From NCBI GenBank assembly GCA_037137935.1, contig JBAXJI010000005.1, forward strand, positions 1 to 49,991: a stretch of DNA of 49,991 bases. The letters are read 5' to 3'. The stretch is from Candidatus Saccharimonadota bacterium (GTDB lineage: Bacteria > Patescibacteriota > Saccharimonadia > Saccharimonadales > AQU-01). Of this stretch, positions 9,603-18,661 are shown piece by piece. Numbering within the stretch: the stretch's first letter is position 1; each line of letters begins with the position of its first letter. The translations under genes were made by a program, and so were the position numbers. The notes under the pieces were generated by a model. The model had not been told where the DNA came from and did no database searches. It was given only the letters and a program-made list of their open reading frames with translations.

Positions 9603-9732
9603 TTGCTAAGAGAGACGTCATCTGTTACAATATGTCCACAATTAATTAATCAGTTTGGGGCAGTAATCCTCCTGAGTCATCCTATGTAGGGACGCTCGGG
9701 TTAGCTCCTTACGAAGAGAAAGGATTTACTAT
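9603..9732 (+). promoter_or_regulatory. rpsB promoter and structured leader
   Basis: TTGCTA-17-TACAAT; leader hairpin CCTGAG...CTCGGG; AGTAATCCT can pair with the AGGATTTACT SD region. Confidence 0.5.
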
Positions 9733-10497
9733 ATGGCAAATAATGCTGTTGAAGTAGATATCAAAAAATTATTAGAAGCCGGAGCTCATTTCGGTCACAA
9801 AACAAGTCGTTGGCACCCTAAAATGGCGCCTTTTATTCACTCTAAGCGAAACGGTAGCCACATTATCGATCTTACTCAGACGGTTGCGGCACTTGATTCA
9901 GCTTTAGAATTTATCACTCAAACTGCTAGCCAAGGTCGACAGATTCTATTTGTCGGCACTAAGCGCCAGTCTAAGGACATTGTTAAGGCTTTGGCCGAAG
10001 CAACTAAAATGCCATACGTAAACGAGCGATGGTTGGGTGGATTGCTAACAAACCAGAAGACTATTGGTGGACGTATTAAGCATCTTAAAGATCTTGAGGC
10101 AAACATGGCTTCAGGTGACCTATCTGCTAAATATAACAAACTAGAGATTCAGCGTTACCAAGAAGAAATCGATCACATGAACTACCTTTATGGTGGCGTA
10201 AAAGAAATGGCGTCGCGCGTTGGTGCTGTGTTTATGTTTGATATTACTCACGAGCACACCGCTCACAAAGAAGCTACTAAGCTAGGGCTTAAGACTATTG
10301 GTATCGTCGATACTAATGCTGATCCAAGTTTGATTGACTTCCCAATTCCTTCAAACGACGACGCTATTAAGACATTACAGCTTATTGCTGATTATGTTCA
10401 GCAGGCTATCGAACTAGGTCGTTCTAAAATCAAAGCTCCAGTTGTCGACAAGACAGAAGTTGCAGAAGCACCAGTTGAAAAGAGCGAGAAAGCCTAA
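9733..10497 (+). CDS. rpsB: 30S ribosomal protein S2
   Basis: LLEAGAHFGH, WHPKM, RWLGGLLTN, VDTN, NDDA. Confidence 0.98.
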   Translation: MANNAVEVDIKKLLEAGAHFGHKTSRWHPKMAPFIHSKRNGSHIIDLTQTVAALDSALEFITQTASQGRQILFVGTKRQSKDIVKALAEATKMPYVNERWLGGLLTNQKTIGGRIKHLKDLEANMASGDLSAKYNKLEIQRYQEEIDHMNYLYGGVKEMASRVGAVFMFDITHEHTAHKEATKLGLKTIGIVDTNADPSLIDFPIPSNDDAIKTLQLIADYVQQAIELGRSKIKAPVVDKTEVAEAPVEKSEKA

Positions 10498-10701
10498 ATG
10501 TCAGAAATTAACGACGGAAAGTTATTTAGAAGTCACAGTCAATTCGATGTTACGCCACCGGTTGGCATCGGTATGTCTAGACATATAACTGACAGATTAC
10601 GAGAGTCTGACCCAAGATTAAACGATGCTTATATGCGTCGTCTTGCTCAGCTCGGTATTGAAACTGAAGTTAAGGTCATGCCTGACCAAGAAATTCTCTA
10701 A
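10498..10701 (+). CDS. Small hypothetical protein inside the rpsB-tsf operon
   Basis: 67-aa ORF starting immediately after the rpsB stop and filling the gap. Confidence 0.55.
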   Translation: MSEINDGKLFRSHSQFDVTPPVGIGMSRHITDRLRESDPRLNDAYMRRLAQLGIETEVKVMPDQEIL

Positions 10702-10744
10702 GCTAAATTCTAAAAAGTAAATAGATTAATAAAAGGAAAAGAAG

Positions 10745-11335
10745 ATGAACATAGATGACATCAAAAGATTGAAAGCACTAACTGGCGTTGGACTAACTGA
10801 CGCTAAAGCAGCATTAGAAGAAGCCAAATGGGACTTCGATAAAGCTCTAGAAGCTATGCGTAAAAAAGGTATAACCAAGGCTGAGAAGCGTGGTGAGCGT
10901 GAAGCACGTGCCGGTGTAGTTGGAACTTATAATCACGACGGACGCATTGGTGTCTTGATTGAAGTTAACTGCGAAACAGACTTTGTTGCCCGTAACGAAA
11001 TTTTTAGCGATCTAGTAAAAGATCTAGCCATGCATATTGCTGCTAGTAACCCAGAGTTTGTTAGCAACGATGCTGTACCAGCTGATGCTCGAGCTAAGGC
11101 CGAACAAGAATTTACCGAAAAAACTAAAGCTGACGGCAAGCCCGAAAAGATGGTTGCGCAAATAGTTGAAGGAATGCTTAAGAAGTATTTTGCAGAAAAA
11201 TGTTTGCTAGACCAGCCATATATTAAGAATCCAGACCAAACAGTTGAAGATCGTATTAAAGAATCAATTGCCGTACTTGGTGAAAACATTGTTGTTAGAC
11301 GCTTTAACCGGATTGCTCTTGGAGAATTAGCTTAG
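10745..11335 (+). CDS. tsf: Elongation factor Ts (short form)
   Basis: N-terminal UBA-like region, EVNCETDFVA, MHIAA. Confidence 0.97.
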   Translation: MNIDDIKRLKALTGVGLTDAKAALEEAKWDFDKALEAMRKKGITKAEKRGEREARAGVVGTYNHDGRIGVLIEVNCETDFVARNEIFSDLVKDLAMHIAASNPEFVSNDAVPADARAKAEQEFTEKTKADGKPEKMVAQIVEGMLKKYFAEKCLLDQPYIKNPDQTVEDRIKESIAVLGENIVVRRFNRIALGELA

Positions 11336-11344
11336 CCAACCAAA

Positions 11345-11788
11345 ATGGGATTTCCAAATAATCAGCTAGTTAGTTCGGACACTCTTACAAAAGATTTTAG
11401 AGAGGCAGTGCCATATATTAGTGAACTAAACAAAAAGAGGTCTCTTGGTGTCGAACCTAATTGCGCAACTCCAAAAAATGCTGAAACTTTTCGGCTAGAC
11501 AATACTAAAAATGCCAGAATAGAAAAGGCTAAGATTTGTGGATCTTGCGCCTTGAAGGCAGAATGTTTGCGTGATGGAATTTCTGAGATTCTGCATACAG
11601 GCTGGGTTCCTAAGGTACGAGATGTTGGCTTTTCGCGCGCTGGATTAGATCCCGTTGTTCTCGTAGAGATAGCTACTACAATATACGACCAAGGTGTTAA
11701 TAAATATGATGTAGACGACGCAAGGCAAGAGCTCGACAGGCGAGGATTGAGTATTGCAATGTCTGCACAATATAGCCAGGCCTCATAA
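11345..11788 (+). CDS. WhiB-like four-cysteine (putative Fe-S) protein
   Basis: C-x(~24)-CxxC-x5-C (AKICGSCALKAECL) followed by GFSRAGL in place of the WhiB G(V/I)WGG turn. Confidence 0.6.
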   Translation: MGFPNNQLVSSDTLTKDFREAVPYISELNKKRSLGVEPNCATPKNAETFRLDNTKNARIEKAKICGSCALKAECLRDGISEILHTGWVPKVRDVGFSRAGLDPVVLVEIATTIYDQGVNKYDVDDARQELDRRGLSIAMSAQYSQAS

Positions 11789-11973
11789 GACTACAGTAAT
11801 TTTGCTGGGGTATTAGCTAGTTGCAAAGGCCAGAAGCTAGGAGCGATGGCCACACCTGTTATTGCGCGATACATTGTTTATGGCTCGACATCCACCAGTT
11901 AAAAAGTCGATTGTGGCCCGATGTGGGTTATAATTAGACCAGCAAAGCAAATCAATAAACACAGGGGTAATAC

Positions 11974-12537
11974 ATGAATCCATCAAGCGTAGTAGATAAC
12001 GCAAAAACTAAAATGACTGCCGCGCTAAATCATTTTCAAGAAGAAATTAAGAAGTTGCGAACTGGGCGAGCTCATCCAACAATGCTCGACGGAGTAACAG
12101 TAACCGCCTACGGCACGCCAATGCCACTTATTCAGGTTGCAACAGTATCTGCTCCAGAAGCTCAATTATTACAGATTACTCCTTTTGATCCTTCTAACAT
12201 TCAAGCTATTGCCGCTGCTATACGTGATAATCCTAGTCTTGGTATGAATCCTAGTGACGATGGACGAGTAGTGCGAGTTCCTGTTCCTCCGCTAACAACT
12301 GAACGACGCCTACAAATTGTTAAGCAACTCGGAGAAAAAGCAGAAGATTGCATGATTAGTTTGCGTGGCGTTCGACACGATGTACTTAAAGAAATCGACC
12401 AAATGAAAAAAGACAAACTTGTCGGAGAAGATGACGCAAAACGCTTAGAAAAACAAGTTGATGACGGTATGAATTCTTCGAGATCAGAGGTAGACACTTT
12501 GTCTCGTGCAAAAGAGCAGGAGATCATGACGGTATAG
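11974..12537 (+). CDS. frr: Ribosome recycling factor
   Basis: LRTGRA, AYGTPMPL.QVA, NPSDDG, PPLTTERR. Confidence 0.97.
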   Translation: MNPSSVVDNAKTKMTAALNHFQEEIKKLRTGRAHPTMLDGVTVTAYGTPMPLIQVATVSAPEAQLLQITPFDPSNIQAIAAAIRDNPSLGMNPSDDGRVVRVPVPPLTTERRLQIVKQLGEKAEDCMISLRGVRHDVLKEIDQMKKDKLVGEDDAKRLEKQVDDGMNSSRSEVDTLSRAKEQEIMTV

Positions 12538-12551
12538 GGTAGGGTAGGGCA

Positions 12552-12871
12552 ATTTAACATTGATGCATTTGGCATTGATACATTAATTTAACATTTAGCA
12601 TTTTTCATTGACGCTACAATGGCCGCAAGGACAAAAAGACCAAAAGGGGCGGGGTGGGGCGATTTAACATTGATGCATTTGGCATTGATACATTAATTTA
12701 ACATTTAGCATTTTTCATTGACGCTACAATGGCCGCAAGGACAAAAAGACCAAAAGGGGCGGGGTGGGGCGATTTAACATTGATGCATTTGGCATTGATA
12801 CATTAATTTAACATTTGTCATTTTTCATTGAAGCTACTATGCCGAAATGTTTAAATGACTAAATGGTCAAT
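12552..12871. repeat. 110-bp tandem repeat (~2.5 copies) plus a partial inverted arm
   Basis: Units start at 12552, 12662 and 12772; first two are identical; each has CATTnnn heptamers then a spacer ending GGGGCGGGGTGGGG. Confidence 0.92.
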
Positions 12872-12941
12872 TCAACCTATCAATACAGCTAACGATTAGA
12901 TTTGAGCGACTAGTTGCCAAACTCAGTGTATAATTAATGTA

Positions 12942-14069
12942 ATGTCATTGCTTCTACTGATTTTTGGGTTAATTATGTTTGTGGCGCTAGTTGTCGTTCA
13001 CGAATTTGGGCATTTTATAGTTGCTCGTCGTAACGGAGTAGAAGTAGAAGAATTTGGTATAGGATTCCCACCTCGAGCAAAAGTTTTGGCACGTAAAAAC
13101 GGTACTGTATATACACTCAACTGGTTGCCTTTGGGTGGGTTCGTTCGCTTAAAAGGGGAGCACACGGCAGATACTGATAATGGAACTTTTGGCGCCGCAA
13201 GCATCGGAGTAAAGTCAAAAATTATGATAGCTGGTGTCGCAATGAACCTGGCTACGGCCTTTGTCCTGCTGACATTACTAGCACTACTGGGTATGCCAAA
13301 GATTATTGATAATCAATACACATACGCAAAAGATACCAAAGTTTTAAGAAACGATGTTTTTGTTGCCGAAGTAGAGCCTGGTTCGCCAGCGGAAAAAGCC
13401 GGTATTCGTAGCAGGGACCGCCTAGTAAGCATTAATAACGGCAGACAAACAAACAATATTATTACCTCTGCAGAGAAGCTACCAGATTTTACCCATCAAT
13501 TTGCTGGTCAAGAGATAGATGTGGCAATTGTTAGTGCAGGCAAGGCCAAAAACCTTAAGGTCACTCTTCGACAGGCAGCTGAAGTGGAGGCTAGTAAAAA
13601 AACAGACAAACCGCTTGGTTATATGGGAATAGTTCCGACCGACTATACGCTACAACGATCAACATGGTCCGCTCCAATTGTTGCCGCCGGGCTTATCAAA
13701 CAATTTACTTTCATGACTTTTGAAGGGCTTGGTAAGGCGATAGCCAATCTAGTTCGTGGTCATGGTAAGCAGGCCAGTGAGGGAGTTGCTGGACCTATAG
13801 GCATCTTCGTACTGCTAAAGGACGGTAGCGAGCTGGGCTATCAATTTATATTAATGATAATTGCTATAATCTCGCTAACTTTGGCAATCATGAACGCACT
13901 GCCTATACCAGCGCTTGATGGGGGCAGATTATTTGTAACTTGGGTTTTTAGACTCGCCAAAAAGCCATTGTCGAAAAGACGAGAAGATGTGATACACGGG
14001 ACAGGATTTGCGCTATTAATGGTGCTATTTGTGCTCATTACAATTGTCGATGTAAAGCGAAACTTCTGA
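12942..14069 (+). CDS. rseP: RseP/RIP site-2 metalloprotease (M50) with PDZ domain
   Basis: HEFGH, GIGFPP, LPLGGFV, GSPAEKAG, NALPIPALDGG. Confidence 0.93.
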   Translation: MSLLLLIFGLIMFVALVVVHEFGHFIVARRNGVEVEEFGIGFPPRAKVLARKNGTVYTLNWLPLGGFVRLKGEHTADTDNGTFGAASIGVKSKIMIAGVAMNLATAFVLLTLLALLGMPKIIDNQYTYAKDTKVLRNDVFVAEVEPGSPAEKAGIRSRDRLVSINNGRQTNNIITSAEKLPDFTHQFAGQEIDVAIVSAGKAKNLKVTLRQAAEVEASKKTDKPLGYMGIVPTDYTLQRSTWSAPIVAAGLIKQFTFMTFEGLGKAIANLVRGHGKQASEGVAGPIGIFVLLKDGSELGYQFILMIIAIISLTLAIMNALPIPALDGGRLFVTWVFRLAKKPLSKRREDVIHGTGFALLMVLFVLITIVDVKRNF

Positions 14070-14896
14070 TGAGCATAGATTGGTTCACTCCCTTATATCT
14101 GCTGGCTATTTATGGAGTGGTGCAATTTTTTCGTCGCTCCAAATCAGACACCGAGAAGACTGTAAGATGGACTCCGATCGAATCTATTGGCGTAACATTG
14201 GCGATATATTTTGGCGCACAATTAATTGGCGCTTTGCTTGTCTACACTATCCCGTTAATACGAGGGATGGACAAAGACCAGGCGCTAGATTGGATGAGCA
14301 ACAACACCTATGGTCAATTCATAACGATTGCAGCCGTTGAAGCCCTGACAGTATGGTTGGTGTATAGGTTTTTGAAGCTTCGTAAGGCCACCTTAAAGAC
14401 AATTGGCCTCGATGATAGACCGAAGTGGGCATACTTAGGCTATATTGCCCTTAGCTTCATAGCCTACACAATAGTTTTTATTTTTGTTACTTCCGTGGCT
14501 AAGCAATTAGCCCCAAGTCTTAATATTGAACAGAAGCAACAGATAGGATTTGTCGATCGTGGTAACTTCCAGCTTCCGTTTATTTTTATCAGTTTAGTAT
14601 TATTACCGCCATTCGCCGAGGAAATTTTAGTTAGAGGATTTTTGTATACGGGTCTAAGAAAGGGTTTGCCAAAATTCTGGGCCGTGATTATAGCTAGTGG
14701 GTTATTTGGAATAGCACATTTGCAAGCTGGAAGTGGCGAGCCTCTTCTTTGGATTGCTGGTATTGATACATTTATTTTGTCTCTATTCCTTATAAATCTA
14801 CGCGAAAGAACTGGCAGTTTGTGGGCTTCAATTGGTCTGCATATGCTAAAGAATCTAATCGCTTTTATGAGCATATTTATATTTCATCTCGGTTGA
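14069..14896 (+). CDS. CPBP/Abi (CAAX protease-like) intramembrane metalloprotease
   Basis: PFAEEILVRG, FGIAH, GSLWASIGLHMLKN. Confidence 0.9.
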   Translation: MSIDWFTPLYLLAIYGVVQFFRRSKSDTEKTVRWTPIESIGVTLAIYFGAQLIGALLVYTIPLIRGMDKDQALDWMSNNTYGQFITIAAVEALTVWLVYRFLKLRKATLKTIGLDDRPKWAYLGYIALSFIAYTIVFIFVTSVAKQLAPSLNIEQKQQIGFVDRGNFQLPFIFISLVLLPPFAEEILVRGFLYTGLRKGLPKFWAVIIASGLFGIAHLQAGSGEPLLWIAGIDTFILSLFLINLRERTGSLWASIGLHMLKNLIAFMSIFIFHLG

Positions 14897-14924
14897 CGAG
14901 CGATAATCCTATATAATACTTTTT

Positions 14925-16178
14925 ATGAGATCAACTGAACTATTCACGAAGACGAAAAAACAAGCACCAGCTGACGAGGTCAGCAAAAACGCCCAACTAC
15001 TAATCAGAGCAGGCTATATACACAAAGAAATGGCCGGAGTTTATACATTTTTGCCTATGGGTCTACGAGTATTAGAAAATATTTGCCAGGTGATACGCGA
15101 GGAAATGAATGCTATTGGTGGTCAGGAGTTAAAGATGACTACACTTCAAGATCCAGAAATCTGGCAAGCAACAGATAGATGGGATGACGAAAAAGTTGAT
15201 GTTTGGTTTAAGACAAAGCTCAAAAATGGAAGCGAGATTGGTCTTGGGCCAACTCACGAGGAGCCACTTATTAGAGCGGTTAAGCCCTACATAAGTTCTT
15301 ATAAGGATTTACCGTTTCTGGCGTATCAAATACAAACTAAATTTCGTAATGAGACTCGTGCCAAAAGTGGTGTTATGCGTGGACGTGAGTTCTTAATGAA
15401 GGATTTGTATAGTTTTGCTAGAACAGAACAAGAGCACAATGAATTATACGAAAAAATTAAGCAAGCTTATTTTAAAGTATATAAGCGGCTTGGAGTAGGT
15501 GAGCAAACCTTCTTGACCTTTGCTAGTGGCGGAATGTTTAGTCAATTTAGCCACGAATTCCAGACTGTTTGTGAGGCTGGCGAAGACACAATTTATTTAG
15601 ATCGCAAAAAAGGAATCGCTATTAATGAAGAGGTTAATGACGACAAAGTGTTGGCTGAACTTGGTGTTAAACGCGAAGACCTAGAAGAAGTAAGAGCAGC
15701 TGAAGTAGGCAATATATTTACACTAAAAGATAAATTTTCTAAACCTCTCGGCCTAAATTATCTAGACGAAAATAATCAAGAGATGGATGTGCTCATGGGC
15801 TGTTATGGCATTGGGCCATCTCGCCTTGTAGGTGTTATAACAGAGCTGCTTGGCGACGATAAAGGTCTAGTTTGGCCTTACGAGATAGCTCCCTTCAAGG
15901 TTTATATCGTACGAATTGGCGATTCTGAAGCCGTAATAAAGGCTACCGACAAGCTCTATGCTTTGTTAAATGATTCTAATATTGAAGCTTTTTATGACGA
16001 CCGTGATGTTCGTCCAGGCGAGAAGTTTGCTGACGCTGATCTGATCGGCATACCAATTCGACTTGTAGTAAGCGAAAAAACTTTGGCAGGCGAAGAAGTT
16101 GAGTTCAAAAAAAGAACTGATTCAAATATAGAGATGGTTAAGCTCGTAGATATAATTGAGAGAATTAAATCCAAATAG
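14925..16178 (+). CDS. proS: Prolyl-tRNA synthetase (short, no editing domain)
   Basis: LGPTHEE, KFRNE.RAKSG.MRGREF.MKD.YSF, MGCYGIG.SR. Confidence 0.96.
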   Translation: MRSTELFTKTKKQAPADEVSKNAQLLIRAGYIHKEMAGVYTFLPMGLRVLENICQVIREEMNAIGGQELKMTTLQDPEIWQATDRWDDEKVDVWFKTKLKNGSEIGLGPTHEEPLIRAVKPYISSYKDLPFLAYQIQTKFRNETRAKSGVMRGREFLMKDLYSFARTEQEHNELYEKIKQAYFKVYKRLGVGEQTFLTFASGGMFSQFSHEFQTVCEAGEDTIYLDRKKGIAINEEVNDDKVLAELGVKREDLEEVRAAEVGNIFTLKDKFSKPLGLNYLDENNQEMDVLMGCYGIGPSRLVGVITELLGDDKGLVWPYEIAPFKVYIVRIGDSEAVIKATDKLYALLNDSNIEAFYDDRDVRPGEKFADADLIGIPIRLVVSEKTLAGEEVEFKKRTDSNIEMVKLVDIIERIKSK

Positions 16179-16199
16179 ATAATAGTGGGCCGCAAGTCA

Positions 16200-16372
16200 T
16201 TGACGCTAATCTCTTCTTGGGTATAATATGATACTCGGACGATGACGACAATTTTGACTGTTATGCACAGCTAAGTGATTACTTGCTAGCTATAGTCAAA
16301 GAAATTTGTTAGCATAGTTAATGCGGATGAGATTAAGGCTAAAGAGAGCCTTGGGCCACCGTTTTTATTTTT
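16200..16372 (+). promoter_or_regulatory. greA promoter and structured leader ending in a terminator-like hairpin
   Basis: TTGACG-17-TATAAT (16200-16228); TTTGACTGT/ATAGTCAAA stem; AAGGCT/AGCCTT stem followed by TTTTTATTTTT. Confidence 0.55.
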
Positions 16373-16403
16373 ACCAAAAATTAACCCAAGAAGGGGAAAT
16401 TAC

Positions 16404-16865
16404 ATGAAGAAATTATACCGTCTTACCACCGAAGGAGTCACTAAGCTAAAGGAAGAATTAGTATTGCTGCACGCAGAGCGTGGTCCTATTGCTGAGCGCA
16501 TTAAGTTAGCTCGTGAATTTGGTGATTTGGCCGAAAATGCCGAATACAGCTCAGCTCGCCAAGAGCAAGATCAAAACGAAATTCGCCTAGGCGAGATAGA
16601 ACATATCTTAGCTAATGTTGAAGTTATCAAAAAACCAAAGGGTGATAGCAAGATCCAGATTGGAAGCAGTGTTAAGCTCAAGAGCGAAGATGGCAAAACT
16701 AAAGAGTTTCAAGTTGTTGGAACAGTTGAGGCCGACCCATTAAATGGCAAAATCAGCGACGAATCACCAATAGGTCAGGCACTTATTGGCAAGTCACTGG
16801 GCGACAATGTCGAGATAGTTACCCCAATCGACACTACAAACTACAAAATCACCGACATCTCCTAA
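16404..16865 (+). CDS. greA: Transcription elongation factor GreA
   Basis: LT.EG, GDLAENAEY, EADP..GKIS.ESPIG.AL.G. Confidence 0.96.
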   Translation: MKKLYRLTTEGVTKLKEELVLLHAERGPIAERIKLAREFGDLAENAEYSSARQEQDQNEIRLGEIEHILANVEVIKKPKGDSKIQIGSSVKLKSEDGKTKEFQVVGTVEADPLNGKISDESPIGQALIGKSLGDNVEIVTPIDTTNYKITDIS

Positions 16866-16896
16866 AGTAAAACCACAACCCCAACGATCAGCAGGC

Positions 16897-16924
16897 GCTA
16901 CTGCAGGGAGTCTCCCTGCTAGAT
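16897..16924 (-). repeat. Dispersed REP-like type B copy
   Basis: Exact reverse complement of ATCTAGCAGGGAGACTCCCTGCAGTAGC (369-396). Confidence 0.88.
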
Positions 16925-17102
16925 ATGGCGCCCGATAAACAGGTCCGAGCATGGTCTAATTGACAATCAAGAAAAGATCTCAGCCTAACTTCGATTACTT
17001 CTACATTTAAGCCTATGGGACTAATACTGAAAATTCAGTTATTCAGGAAGTTGATGATGAAGTATACTAGCTAATAGAAACTAAATACGAGATTAAATAT
17101 TT

Positions 17103-18614
17103 ATGGCGACACTAAAAGATTTCCGCGATGAACGACTGCGTAAACTAGAAGAGTTAAAAAAGCTCGGCCTAAATTCATATCCGGCTAAAGCCGACCGTAG
17201 CCATATGCTAAAGGCTTTGACCGATGAATTTTCTGAACTTGAAGACAAGCCAGTTAGTGTCGTGGGCCGCATTAAATCAATCCGTAAATTCGGTAAACTA
17301 GCTTTTGTCGTAATCCGTGACTTTAGCGGTGAGGTTCAACTGTTTATTCGTGCCGATGACTCCAAGGCTACGCCCGATCGTAATAATAGTGAGCTAAGCG
17401 TACCTGAAGAATTAAACCTTCTTGATAGTGGTGATTTTGTCCAGGCAACAGGCAATGTCATCAAAACTCAAACTGGTGAAATTTCTGTTGAAGTTAAGCA
17501 GCTAAGGCTACTTTCGAAGTCGCTTCGACCGATGCCTAATGATCAAGAAGGTTTCACTGACAAAGAACAGCGTCTGCGTCGTCGATATGTCGATATGAAT
17601 GTTAATCTTGATGTGCGCGAACGCTTTGTTAGGCGGTCAAAATTCTGGCAGGCGACACGTGATTTTTTGAACGAAAAAGGCTTTCTAGAGATTAACACAC
17701 CCGTACTCGAGCATACGACCGGTGGCGCCGATGCTTCGCCGTTTGTCACCCATATGGATGCCCTTGATCAAGACTTTTATCTACGAATTTCACACGAATT
17801 ACCCTTAAAAAGACTAATTGGTGCCGGTTTTGAAAAAGTATATGACATTGGTCCACGATTCAGGAACGAGAATTATAGCGACGAACATCTACCAGAACAC
17901 GTCGCCATGGAGTGGTACTGGGCATACGCCGACTGGCAAGACGGTATGAAACTTATGGAAGAGATGTTCAAAGACGTTCTGCAAAAAACTTTTGGAACGC
18001 TACAGTTTAAGATTGACGGTAAAGATGTTGACATGGCCAAGTCTTGGGAGCAGTGGGACTACGCCGGTGTTATTCGCGATCACTACGGCCTAGAAGTTTT
18101 TGACTGTACTATCGACCAGGTCAAGGAGCAACTCAAGAAACACGGCCTAGAAGTTGAAAAAACTGAAAATATCGCTCGTGGCGTTGATAAATTATGGAAA
18201 AAAGTTAGGGCTGAAGTTGTAGGTCCGGTCTGGTTAATTAATACTCCGGCCTTTATTTCACCACTCAGCAAAGCTAGCGACCACGATAATCGATTTGTTC
18301 AAAGGGCGCAGGCTGTGATCGCCGGGTCAGAATTGTGCAACTTATTTTCTGAACTTAATGATCCAGTCGACCAATTAAATCGCTTTAAAGAACAACAAGC
18401 CATGCGAGAAGCAGGTGATGATGAAGCGATGATGCTCGATATCGACTACGTCGAAATGTTGGAATACGGCATGCCGCCAGCCTGTGGCCTAGGTTACTCT
18501 GAGCGAGTATTTTGGGTGTTTGAAGGAGTTTCGGCCCGCGAAGGCGTCCCATTCCCACAGCTAAGGGAAGAAATTGACTCCGTGACCAAGTCTATTTACC
18601 CCGATATAAATTAG
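17103..18614 (+). CDS. lysS: Lysyl-tRNA synthetase, class II
   Basis: OB-fold N terminus, GGADASPF.TH, YLRIS.EL.LKRL, FRNE, YGMPP..G.G. Confidence 0.96.
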   Translation: MATLKDFRDERLRKLEELKKLGLNSYPAKADRSHMLKALTDEFSELEDKPVSVVGRIKSIRKFGKLAFVVIRDFSGEVQLFIRADDSKATPDRNNSELSVPEELNLLDSGDFVQATGNVIKTQTGEISVEVKQLRLLSKSLRPMPNDQEGFTDKEQRLRRRYVDMNVNLDVRERFVRRSKFWQATRDFLNEKGFLEINTPVLEHTTGGADASPFVTHMDALDQDFYLRISHELPLKRLIGAGFEKVYDIGPRFRNENYSDEHLPEHVAMEWYWAYADWQDGMKLMEEMFKDVLQKTFGTLQFKIDGKDVDMAKSWEQWDYAGVIRDHYGLEVFDCTIDQVKEQLKKHGLEVEKTENIARGVDKLWKKVRAEVVGPVWLINTPAFISPLSKASDHDNRFVQRAQAVIAGSELCNLFSELNDPVDQLNRFKEQQAMREAGDDEAMMLDIDYVEMLEYGMPPACGLGYSERVFWVFEGVSAREGVPFPQLREEIDSVTKSIYPDIN

Positions 18615-18661
18615 CGAAATTATTAGCCAAAAGCAGTTAACGCAAGGTATAATTAAAGTAT

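Noticed and set aside
11789-11973. Structured RNA or pyrH remnant between the WhiB-like gene and frr
   Set aside because: Only short stems (GGCCAC/GTGGCC, TCGAC/GTCGA) and no recognisable PyrH motif; not enough support
12552-12871. CRISPR array
   Set aside because: The would-be spacers are identical, the repeat part is ~59 bp, and there are no cas genes; it is a tandem duplication
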